This document shows positions 26,901 to 38,363 of a DNA stretch of 64,000 bases, piece after piece; position 1 is the first letter of the stretch, and every line of letters starts with the position of its first letter. The position numbers and the translations under genes were made by a program. Origin of the DNA: Phoronis australis (taxonomy: Eukaryota > Animalia > Phoronida); the NCBI GenBank assembly GCA_002633005.1, contig NMRA01000095.1, positions 239,901-303,900 of the forward strand, in the 5' to 3' direction. The notes beneath the pieces are model-generated. The model made no database searches and was not told the DNA's origin. It was given only the letters and a program-made list of their open reading frames with translations.

Positions 26901-29900
26901 AATACCAAATAAAAATTATACTAATGGCAATTATATTTACTAGACAAAAATGAAAAATGAAGAATGTAATAAGCGAAACAGCTGAACACCCGTGTTCAGT
27001 GACCTACCCGCTACGACACGGGTGGTACCGAGCGACAAGGAAAAACAAGTCCACGAAAGTTATTTTGAACTACGCGCCACTTGGTGTAAAGGTAGAAACT
27101 GCACGTAGCAACTACGCCAAATGTTGTGGCTTGATACACAGGTTCTCGTGCAGCTTACCTCTACTCATATGAAAGCTTGAATACACGCTTGAGACGACGA
27201 CCCACAAACGCAGACGTCCTGCGTGCAGCAGTGCCACACGAAAGACAGAGAGCTCTCGATTCCCCAGTCACGTGACAAAACTAGAACTTACAACATCCGG
27301 CCACTGACGGAAACCCACGGACGAACACGAACACACAAGACAACACGAAAGACGAGACCACACAAACCAACATTAACAACACTAGTATGTACAGTTGAAC
27401 ACGGGCCACCGGAGTGAGGGCTCGATCTCTTTAGCATCCAAACACTAACAGTAACTGTACAGCACCATGGAGCAATTGCCACATGGCAAAGGATTTAGGG
27501 ATGCCCCATATGTGACATCAGGCAATTCACAACAGTTTGCGTGCAACATGTGTTAAACTTTTAGTATAACAGACCATTTGTAATTTATTAGTCTATTCTG
27601 TACACATAGTATACCTAATTATCGGACGGACCCTAAATATCGGACATTACTTGAAATCTTACTTGAAGCATAATCTGAGAAGTATATGACACAAGTTTTT
27701 GTTCCGCTGTAACGCATTCAATGTCCGGCAATGTCCCGTGTTTTTCTAGCGTTGCCTCGAGAGAGGGTGCAATTTAGACCCCCAAGTCAGCCTAAATAGA
27801 CGATTGCATAAATCGGTTGAAACCAAATCTTTTTCCACAATGAAATCATCTGTTTCATTTTTTCATTTGTTGTTAAGTTGTTAAGCTCAAGACAAACCCC
27901 GGCCGCGTACGTGCGTGTGTCATATCAAGAAGGCAAAGAGATACTAAAAACTTCAATGAGTTAGCACGCGCTGTCATCAGACTTCATGTTGTGGATAAAT
28001 TTTGTTGCGAATGGAGCTGTGTTTTAGCAGCATATGTCAAAACACTCGAGCTGAAATTTGGCTACAAGGTGCCCGCGGCCATTACTTGGTTAGTCAGTTT
28101 TCCACAGTGCAGCATATGGAGAAACATGGTGTCCGATATTTAGGTTCTCCGAAGGTTTGCTAGTTGTGTTTTTTAAAGATCAGCCGGAACATAAATGTGG
28201 CTTTCGCTGGCAAGATATAGTAACACAACAATTCTATAAAGGTAACCTTTATTTCAGCAAAGAATTTGCAACAATACATAGTATTTTCAGTTAAATTTAA
28301 TGCAAAATGTGCCAAAACGTCCGATAATTAGGTCTCTTGACTGTATAAGTACACACTCACAATAAGTGTTACATCCAAACCACCTGAGCAGCGTTAATCA
28401 AGGAAAAAGTGGAGGTTTGGGAATGGGCTATGGTAAAATAGGAAATCAATGCAACACTCTCTTTGTGGGGAGACAAAGTACTTTTAAAAAGTGGCAGTAA
28501 CTGCAATAAGCTTTCATCTGATGCTTTCAGGGAATAAAATTTAAATTATTTCGTCATTATTCAGTTACCTGTGTGACTTGAATGAATCAACCATTATCCA
28601 TCTTAGGCTGGCAGATTCTGACCTGAACCAGATGTTATTGTAAAAAAAATTAGAATAAATCAGTTGTTAAACCCTGCCTACACATTATGAATTAAGTTTA
28701 TCTTTGTAAAATTTATTTCAAAGTTTTGGGCATTTGTGAAACAGACAGTTATGTTGCTCTTTGAAATATTTTTAATTTGTGTCCTAGTCTGCTTTTGTAT
28801 CAATCACAGAAACATGCAGAGTGAAAAAACATTCTCTCTTCCATCAATATTTCACTATTTTTACAGTAAGAGAATAAAAGACATGGACCATTAGACTCAA
28901 CACAGGCTTTTCAAACATATGGCTCAAAATTTTAAGGTTGTCGAGAACCTGAAGCAATCTCAACTCTAAGTATATTACTGAAAAATCGATGCTTTGTCAA
29001 CCGAACCACGAAAAGTATGTTTTCTGAAAGGAGAAAGATCAAGGATTCTAAAAATATGCTGTTTCCTATCGTGTCTCTACTGAAACTTTTTTTTAAATGA
29101 TAACTTAATTATGCTATGTCTCAAAAGTGCTGTTCGAAAATTTTGATTAATATTTACTAAGTGGGCATTTTATGCCAAAGTAGCTCGCAAAACACAAGAC
29201 ATTTTTGTGAAAAAACGGTCTTATTTGTTTATCGCTCAGTATGCGGAAGTATTCTAGTGCCTTTTTGAGACATAAAATGAATATTTCATTTGAAATAGTT
29301 TTAGTAAAATCAGTTGGGGTTATTTTGTGATGAGTGCAATTTTCCTATACATGAAAATTTGACTTAAAAACATAGTCATGTGACAATAATAACTTTAAAC
29401 GAAGTAGTAAAAAGCATATTATTTAGAATCCTCAATCTGTCTCCTTTCAGAAAATACCGTATTATGTACTATTAATGGTTGACAAAGCATAGTTTTTATG
29501 ATATTTGACTTAGAGTTGGGGTCCTTCATTAAGGTCCTATATGACCTTAAACATGGCTCAAAGCTTTCAAACATTGGCTTAAAATTGTAAGCATGGCTCA
29601 GAGCTTTTTGAGCTTGGCTCATGATTTCCAAACATGTTTCACATCCTTACAAATTTTGCACAGCAACATGTTTGTAGAGGGATACCTGGTCCATGTACGT
29701 TCTACCAACTAGCAGTAATTGCCTCTGCCTGCACACTTTAGAGATAGGTTCTGCTGTAAGTGGTCTTGACCACTTCTTGTAATTGTACAATATGTGCATA
29801 TAGATGTGTACGTTTATGTCCAAAGCCTTTCTACATTTTATTCAGTTCATTTTGCAGTAAGCCGCGACTGCTTCATTTTCCGCTACCCATTCAAAGAACA

Positions 29901-32900
29901 GTCACTGCGTTCTTGGAGCATCACAGTCGTCTACTTACACAAGACTCACTTCATAATTTCACCGAATCTTTCATAGCTGGCGAGGATGCTACAGAGTTAG
30001 ATGACTGGGTCAGAGCAAACATCACAGCACTTAAAGAAAGATACAATTCCAGAACATGTCCTGCAAGTTGTGATGCAGATAGTTATAGTTTCAGCCAACA
30101 GGTGGCGACCTATGCCAGCGATGTCTTACAACAGCTGACTTCACTTGATGATTTGTCTTCTACAGATATGGACTGGGCAGATGGTAATGAACCTTATGTT
30201 CCTTAATCCTTGTACCTGCTACTGCTGTACTTGATGACCTTAAACTGTTAGTAGTCCTTTGGTAATTGTTTTGCAAAATACAAAAGTGGAGGACATGTCA
30301 TTGACGTGCACTTCCATCGGTCTTTTTCTCTATTATTTAATTATTTTCAGGTAGAATAAAGTATACACATACGACCTTCCAGAGGTACAATAATGTTCGT
30401 ACAAAGTCGGTCCAGTTGGAAATGATTCACAATATTAATTTAACAGAGAAATCACCTGTTACATTCATTTCAGTGTACCATAAACTTCTCCAGGTTGTCC
30501 ATCCTTTTGTCACTTAATACTCTTTATTATACCAGCCTCCATTAGAGTTGTTTGACTTAAGTGCAATGTAGCGATTATATCAGATTTTGTGATGAAGGCT
30601 TTCATCAAAAATGTTTTAATGTTGTTAAACAACTATCAAACAACTTGTTGGCTGTTGATGGAGGTGTATTTACTCGGTTTGTTTTCAGTTGTTTCAGTCG
30701 ACCACCAGATAGACAGCCCGACTTGCGTGTGCAACACATCCATAATACAAGAGGGTGCTCAGTCGCCACTGAGACAACTCAAGCCATTCCCTCTCTCTCA
30801 GACTGGGACTTCTCTTAACTTAACCCAAGGTATGGCTTTTGGGGGCATTACAAACAAAAGTTTCAGGGTTTATGTTGGGGACTGAACAAAGAGATGGAAA
30901 CTCATTTCAAAAGCACATTCATTTGTAATTATCTTTCAAATCCCTGTGTACCCCTTTTCAACCTGTACCCAAAAATTGGTCTTAATTAATTTAGATAAAC
31001 ATTGAATGGTCATTCAATTGCTTACTATGTGCGTAATATTGTGTTCAGATCTTTCATTAGAGACCAGTAACAAATTTTTAAATCTACTTACCTCTGAGTG
31101 TGTTGTAGTGGTTGTGTATTCCAAGTTCTGTGAGTTTCATTTTCGGTATTCCAGATGATGACCTCAGTTTGTCATGTTCACAGACATATACAAGTCAAAC
31201 ACAGGCACCAAAGCAAGAATTGACCGAAGAAATGTTGGTAAGTACTTATTAAGGTATATAAAGTTCGCTTTCCAGTAAGAACATACAAGTCTTCAACAAC
31301 TCAGGAAAGCACTTTGGATTTTAACAGGGCTGGGGAAACCCTACATTTGGGAGTTTCAAAATGTTGGATGTATCCATTGCCTGCAGTAGACTTGTATTAC
31401 AGGCTTCTGACACTTTGAAAAATCCCGTTTGATGGCTCAAACTCCAGAATTTAAGTGATTGGAATCATTATCCATTTATAAATAATTATATTTACTTAGG
31501 CAAACGTCCCATCGTTTCGTAATAAATTGGTATGACCAAATTTTACATCCTGCTGCAAATTTTTTATCATTTTATTTTTTGTTTCATCTTTAACTTTCAA
31601 GCCAGAGCATGAGTTAATGTAGTGTTTATCCGCCCATGTTACATTTGTCTACTATCGGAAATCAGAATTGTTTGTTGTACGTAGACCGTAGCCTCATAAT
31701 GCTGTTTACATTTACATTAATTTTACTTTACAATGAGAAAAGTTCAGCTCTTAGCACTGCATTGCCCTTGAAATGTGAAGTGCCCAGGGTTTACGTTCAC
31801 ATGGACCGTGCCTGTGAAATAATGTGATCTACTTTGACAGCACATGTCATGTTCTTTCAGTATATTTCAGCGCACATGATCCCGGACAGGGCTGTGACAT
31901 GTAAAGTGAATTTCGTTCTCAATTTGACTGATATTACACGTACTACAAATTCTATCACTCTTGCGTAGACCTGTGTGCCACCAGGAAGACATGTCTGCCT
32001 GATCCCGCCCTGTTTCACTATAAAATTTGTGCATTGAGCAACTGAAACCAGCCAGTATTGTCCTCGGGTAGGAGTCTAAAACTTACATTTATTTCAAACT
32101 GAAGTTTCATTTTGGTAGTACAACAACGTTGAATGCAGCACAATATGTATTTAGCTTGCATGTCAAACGTCAACTTTTCAATACCTGAATGAACAAGTTT
32201 GATTGTGTATTGTATGTATTTAAAGCTGCAATGTTACTTTTATGAGCAACACAACCAGGGAGCTAAACTTGTCTAACTAGTAAGTCGCCACACAATGAAA
32301 ATGGCAATGATGCAATCTGGGAAATTTGAGAGACTTTAAGCAGGACATGAAATGATTTCGCATTTGAGCTGGGTAGAGCAGGTTAGATGACGCAAATGTG
32401 GACAAATATCGTGATTTGTTTGGCAACTCTTATCTTAAGGCCATCTGTTTATTGTATGTGTGGAGATGAAAATGCTTGCCATCCACTGAACAAAAACCTT
32501 TTGTTTGCTTTGAAATCTTGACCATCTCAACTAGGAGAGCTTGTTACAATGGACCGTCTTTTGTAGTGAATTTTTTTTCGATTAATCTATGATTTACAAT
32601 AATCCTGTTCCAGGCTTCTATATCACGCCTCAAGAACTGGCTTCATTCCCCTCCTGCGACTCCTGATGAACTGTGTGAAGACATGTCTGTGTTTAACGAT
32701 TGTCCTGTGAGCCAACTGGATACCTTGTGTGAAATGTTGGAACTAAGTATTGTCCCAGAGGTGGCAGTAGCAGCAGCCTGCCATAACATCGTATCACTGC
32801 TGCCAGAGATTGGATACAGCTGCTGTCTGTGTTTTTCCAAGCACTGTTTACTGCCAAAGGTAACAAGTTAAAGGAGATTTTTAACTGTTTTATTTTCGAA

Positions 32901-35900
32901 AGTTTGTTTGTTGATCTTTGAAATGTATTCCTTGAACCTAAAAGTACTGTTCTGATGATACCATAAAACTTCATTTCTTGGTTTTTAACTTTGAATCTAG
33001 GGTTTGTTAAATGTGTTTTTATAGATTGTTTCATTCAACTTTCTATTAAAGCATTTTTTATACATTGTGATCTCTCATTACATGGATTCGTGTTCTCGTG
33101 CTTTACAACATTGTGTGGAATAAAGGATTGTTAGCAAACTTACAATAGTTTTAATAAGTTCAACATATTAATGGTTGTCTAGGTTAGATCAATGCTGTTA
33201 TATTTAACAGTTAATGAAACATAGAAAAGTGCTTCAGATCTTCATAATGCTCACTCAGGTACATTGTGTTATGTTGGATTCAGGCTTGTGTGCGTTACTA
33301 ATTAGCACAAGTGCTGGATGTCTTTCATGGAACTAGATGTTTATTCACTTCAGTGATGGCTGGTTGTGAACCTGGTGTAATTGTGTACCCTCGCAATAGA
33401 ACGATGACTTGGTATACCCTAGTACAACACAATGTTGGAAAAAATACTTGAAGTTTATTTACAGTGTAATCCAACTTCACAGAATTGAGATAGGAAAACA
33501 CTTAGTGAGCGTGATAATGAATATTGTACAATGCTATCGAATTGAGTATTAAACGGTAATGGATCTGTTTATTTATTATTATAATGCTAGGGATTACTAA
33601 TTAAGCATAATAATATATGCCAAACATGAATGTCCCTAGACACAGGGGCTTTTATGTCACTTTAACAATTGCTTCTGTAAGGCAAGCAGTACAAATAACA
33701 AAATATCTGGTTCTGTTATCACAACCTGAGTATCCTTAATGTGCTTCAGGTTCAGGAAGTAAGCCAGAATGCCTCCTGGCTACTCCACCGGTCCCTCACG
33801 TCAGTCACCACAAAGTTTCCACGTCCTGTAATAGAGTCTGTCTTCAAAGAATGCATTACTGCATCATCCTTCAGTAAGCTCACATCTGTCCTCAGTATTA
33901 GATGAATTGTGTGTTTGCAATATAGCATGTTTACTAACTAAACTTAAGGCCATATGTCTACGTTAAACTTTTATCATTTACAACTTACAGCTTTCAAAAG
34001 GTAGGAAACATGAATTGCTAAACATTATACAACTTACACCCGTATGTACAATAGAGTTGTGTCCATTTAGTTGTATATTTTTGTGGCTTTCCAATAGGGG
34101 GAATTGGTGGGGACCAGCTTGCTATTTTCCCCATCTCATATCTTGTATCAAGTTTCTGTGTGTGGCTCTATATTTTGTCTTCTCCTGCAATGTCGTGTGG
34201 TTAAAGTGGCTTAGTGATGTCAGTGGTATCCTAATTGAAGATTATTCTATCATTTGGTATTGCCTCACAGTTGGCATTGCCTCAGTGTTGGAAATGCCTA
34301 ATGGGGAAGCAATTTCTCCAGTAACCAGGTATTGCCATGTTTCTTTTTTGAAAGTGCGACGTTGGGCCCTATCTCTTGTGGAAAAGCACAGTCGCCCTGC
34401 TTCAAAACTTCATAGTGAGTTGTGGTACATCTGGTCCAGGAAATTAATTTTGTTTTAAATGGTCCCTGAATTGTGATTTGATTATATCCCCCTGAGTGCC
34501 TTCAAAACTACATTCCTGGGTTGGCTACGCACTTAAATCCATAAGGAATAATAAAACAATTCTTCTCTTCTCAGCCAGGAACATAAACCTTTTTGACAAA
34601 CTGTTGTTAGTTAAACTGTTCAACTGGTAATGTTGTATGACTAAGAACAGGGTTGACTAAGAACTGCTTGTACTAACCTTGCATGGTTGTCCATTTCAAA
34701 GTGATCTATCATGTGTAAGTGGCCCCCATGATTTACGTCCCTCTTCAAAACCCTCATCCACTTTGTGGACCAGTCCCCTCCTAAGCTCATGAGCTAAACC
34801 CACAAATGTTCTGATACTGTTACATTAAGGTCTTATGGAATTGTATTTTAGATTCGTCTCAAAGTGAGGTGTTTTGTCGACTTGTCAAAGACAACTTGTC
34901 TCCAGAAGACAGGACATTCTTAATCAAGTGAGTCAACAGTACCTAGTCACTATTATTGTCACCAATACTCAGATATCTCTATTATACATTACCCCTAAGT
35001 TATCACTTATCAACCTATTCTGACATATTAACGTAAACTGTATGTTTTGATAACGATAACTAGAAATAATCCGTTTTCTAAATAATTCTGGATCAGTGGT
35101 TTGTACTGAGAATTCCTGATAACGATTTTCAGGTGGTCTGTTGCTAATCTGAGACATGAGAATTTTTTTATTGTGCCCCAAAGTACAAGTTTATTTTAGA
35201 AAAAAGACTGTACCTGACTATAACTGGGAAGGCTATTTTTTGTCCTTGTTTTTCATGTTGTGCTAACTGTTGGGACCTTACTCACCGGAGTGGAAAGTTG
35301 CCACACCGTTCAAAAGGAGAATTTTTGCTTTGTTGTTTTTCTAATAATGTAATTTTTGTATTGTCTTTTACTTAAAGAAGAATTTTTGTGATATTTATTT
35401 ACTTCTTTTTTGTGGCCAAACTACTTTATGAGAGAGAAGCAAACGTTTTTTTAAATCATGACTGGGTGTCCAGCAAAGGAATGGGCAACTAGTAGCTGAC
35501 CACCCATGTTAATTGAATGGATAATAACAATTAAGAAGAACAATAAACCAAGAAAAATGCAATGCAAGTTTATTTAAAAACATATTTTACATTAGATTTG
35601 TACTGAGGGACTACATATATGTATCTGAGGGAGACTGCATAAAAAGCAAATATCTAAGACGTAAGATTCTTTCACAAATAAGCAAGAATCAACTTTGATT
35701 TAAACAATAAAAATAGTTCACTGTTGTATCCACCACTTATTTGCACAAGAGTGAGTGAAAACAACCTGTTATCAGGAAACTGATTCATCTGACTACTGTA
35801 ACTACTCCTTCAGCTTATGCAGGCCAAACCAAGAGAATGGTTGGTTTTCACACAAGCACAGATCAATGGAGTTGTTAGTAATTATGAGTCGGGGAAAGTA

Positions 35901-38363
35901 ATTTTCAAAACTACATTATGGCATTTTTTCATTGCTCCCAACTTGTTTGATTCTATAGCCCAACAACAAGTTGAGAAGATGACCCCTGTAGCCAATATCT
36001 TACACGACTGATTAATTCCGTTCTGGCATTTATGGTCAGAGGGCCAGCTCTTTTTTTTGATAATTGCTCTATTCTCCAATAATATCGTATCTAGCCTGAC
36101 TGGGCTTGCTGTGAAAAATATAAGTTAAGTTATAACATATTTAAAAATGAACCAATAGCATTTCTGAAATCCTCGTCAAATGATGATCATGTTTTAAATT
36201 AGTTTTTGAATCGCCAAAATCGCCCAGCTACAACCGAAGTTACGACATTCTATTGTTTCCAAACGTACCAATTTGGTCTGGGTTTGACTGTAGATAGTTG
36301 GCCTGCCTGTTGTCATATCAGACAAAAGACTGTGCTTGGCAGTTAGCAAAGAAGCTAGATTTTATCCCTTGTTCACAACCCTCTACATCTGGTAAGGTCA
36401 CTTTACGTTAAAACGCCGTCATGAGCTAAAATATGCCAGCACCACTAAGTTAGTTAAGTGATGTTTGTAAGGTACGGACCCCCCCCCCCTGGAATCATAA
36501 ATTCCACTTTACTGGCACAATAATGAGGGGTTTCAGGTAAACAATGCTTTTAATCCCTCCCATCAGTGTGTAGTGTCACACATCCTTAAATTTGACCATT
36601 CAACCCTTCCACCTCAACTATGTATTTGTGGTCATGAATGAAAAGATGATTGTTTTATTACCCTCATTGGATAGCTCAGTAGCTGAACCCAGAATGCTTT
36701 TCTGCATTGATAGATCCACTGCTTAATAGTACAGAAGTCACTGTGTTGTTTTGCAGTTGTTCGTTGCAAGATCTGCCAATGTTTGATGAAAGTCACCTGA
36801 GTTTTGTGCAGTGCCTTGTGGAGTGTAAGGTAATTTGAGTCATCTGACAACTTTCTAATTTGACATTAGTACCTGCAAACCAGCTGATTGGTTGAGAATG
36901 AGTCATTGTTATGTAAGTTGCTTTTAGTTAGTTCTTGTAAACTGAGTTGATGTGTTGCTTTTCTGCATAGTTGTTGTGACTGGCCTTGGCTGTCTTTTTT
37001 TCTTTCAGTCTGCAGTACACCTTTAAGTTAGTTTTTACTCATTCGACATTGGCATTTTTGTGAACTAAAAATAAGTGTTTTAACATCTATAACTTTCAGG
37101 TTGACTTAAACCCATCATCCTTAACTCAACTCTTGACAAAGCTGGAGCAGAACTCATTAAACATGGCTGAAAATAAAAAGTTTGGCAAACTACTTCTGAC
37201 TGTCATGAGACAATATCAGAACCAGGTAGGCGATGTTTGGATGAATATTGGAAATGTATAGAGTTTCCTTGTGTTTGAAATGCCAGACGCTGACCTGTTG
37301 ACTTTAAGGTGGATTCAGTCAGCCACTTTAATACGTTATTGTGAATGTTTGGATCTCTAATCTCAGTGTATTATGTGAGGTCTCATGGTTTAAGTACTAA
37401 GCAGTTCACAGCTGTGTAGTGTTTGGGGTCTAGAGGTCAATACTTTACTGTACACAGCTGTGTATTGTGTGGGGTCTAGAGGTCTATACTTTACAGTACA
37501 CAGCTGTGTAGTGTGTGGGGGCTAGTGGTCTATAATTTACAGTACACTGGGCTGTGTATTGTGTGGGGTCTAGTGGTCTGTACTTTACAGTACACTGGGC
37601 TGTGTATTGTTTGGGGTCTAGTGGTCTGTACTTTACAGTACACTGGGCTGTGTATTGTGTGGGGTCTAGAGGTCTATACTTTACAGTATACAGCTGTGTG
37701 TTGTGTGGGGTCTAGTGGTCTATACTTTACAGTACACAGATGTGTATCGTGTGGGGTCTAGAGGTCTATACTTTACAGTACGCTGGGCTGTGTATTGTGT
37801 TGGTCTAGTGGTCTAAGTACTTTACAGTACACAGCTGTGTAGTAGGTGAGGTTTTGTGGTTTACAAAGTCTTAATTTAGTTTTGGGATATGATACTGCCC
37901 CATGTATTGCACTGTCTTCAAGTGACATCTAATCCGTGCTTTCCATCCAGAGACCAAGTTCTGATTTACATCCACTTATTTGACATTATCCCGTAGTTTA
38001 GAATGGTTTTTAAAGCTCTGGCATGGCCACAAGTTTCTCCCATGGACACTTTTTAGATCAACCAGTATTGCAGCTATTTTTCATTTGAGTGTAAACGTTC
38101 AATTCCTCCAAATTTTGAGAAGAACTTAATAGAATAATATTTGGCTTAAAAAGTAACGCTAATAATTCATTGACTTTTGAAACAAATATTACATTCCTCA
38201 GTATTCTGTTGCCAGGCACATGCATTACATCAGGTGGCGACCTCTTGTGTTCCAGTTCACCACAGCCCATCTGTCCTCACTGTCCAACACTGTGCGTTGT
38301 CTGAGAACATTCTTGAAGAAGACCTGCGAAGCTACTCTGAATAAAATGCATCCGTGTACATAG
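23979..38363 (+). CDS. FANCE: Fanconi anemia group E protein, 10 coding exons, ~501 aa
   Basis: Exons 23979-24190, 29858-30183, 30698-30829, 31155-31237, 32614-32859, 33750-33873, 34852-34927, 36757-36829, 37100-37225, 38256-38363 (1506 nt, GT-AG, phases consistent). FANCE-like peptides: LTCEEPLL...LIFKPRLLHFPLPIQR, DCPVSQLDTLCEMLEL, ASWLL..LTSVTTKFPRPV, QSEVFCRLVKD, KFGKLLLTVMRQYQ, TFLKKTCEATLNK. AATAAA at ~38538. Confidence 0.88.
24438..25703. repeat. ~1.25-kb direct repeat copy 1 (copy 2 at 27382-28613); probable allelic haplotype duplication
   Basis: Near-identical to 27382-28613 with scattered SNPs and small indels; ends exactly at the single N at 25704. Confidence 0.85.
24661..25433. 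mobile_element. TA-flanked Tc1/mariner/pogo-type non-autonomous element (second copy 27603-28343)
   Basis: ta|cacatagtatacctaattatcggac ... gtccgataattatgtctcttgactg|ta imperfect TIRs with TA flanks. Confidence 0.65.
25705..26835 (-). CDS. Retrotransposon Gag (capsid) with N-terminal HhH-like domain, 3' truncated at N
   Basis: Uninterrupted ORF with Ty3/Gypsy gag motifs FSGKLGTWEDFLWKF, LEGDASRWF, MTYRFG, QTSDESLEQWADRL, RFCLGL, PSTLMAAL. Confidence 0.85.
25705..27381 (-). mobile_element. Gypsy/Ty3-like LTR retrotransposon, 5' part only (5' LTR, PBS-like site, gag), cut by the assembly join
   Basis: On the minus strand, a TGTTGT...CCTACA segment at 27381-26871 (511 bp), then TTTAATTAGTGCCACACCC (degenerate PBS), then gag ATG at 26835. 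Host sequence resumes at ctagt (27382). Confidence 0.75.
27382..28613. repeat. Direct repeat copy 2 of 24438-25703
   Basis: Sequence match from ctagtatgtacagttgaacacggg to ggctggca. Confidence 0.85.
28882..29695. mobile_element. Old foldback/MITE-like DNA element
   Basis: Termini catggacca / tggtccatg|ta. Nested internal inverted pairs: gctttgtcaacc (~28991) vs ggttgacaaagc (~29477), and tgaaaggagaaagatcaaggattctaaa (~29025) vs tttagaatcctcaatctgtctcctttca (~29422). Confidence 0.55.
37409..37842. repeat. 46-48-bp minisatellite (~9 copies) in the last FANCE intron
   Basis: Unit ctgtgtattgtgtggggtctag(a/t)ggtct(a/g)tactttacagtacac(ag/tggg). Confidence 0.95.

Noticed and set aside
24438-28613. 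1.25-kb direct repeats as the LTRs of a gag-only element
   Set aside because: They lack TG...CA ends and a TSD, contain an unrelated TA-flanked MITE, and one ends at an N join. A separate TG...CA LTR candidate exists at 26871-27381.
34015-34458. 147-aa ORF in a FANCE intron
   Set aside because: Non-ATG start, not needed for the phase-consistent FANCE model, and no homology recognised.
37513-37761. 82-aa repetitive hydrophobic ORF
   Set aside because: It is a translation of the 48-bp minisatellite units.
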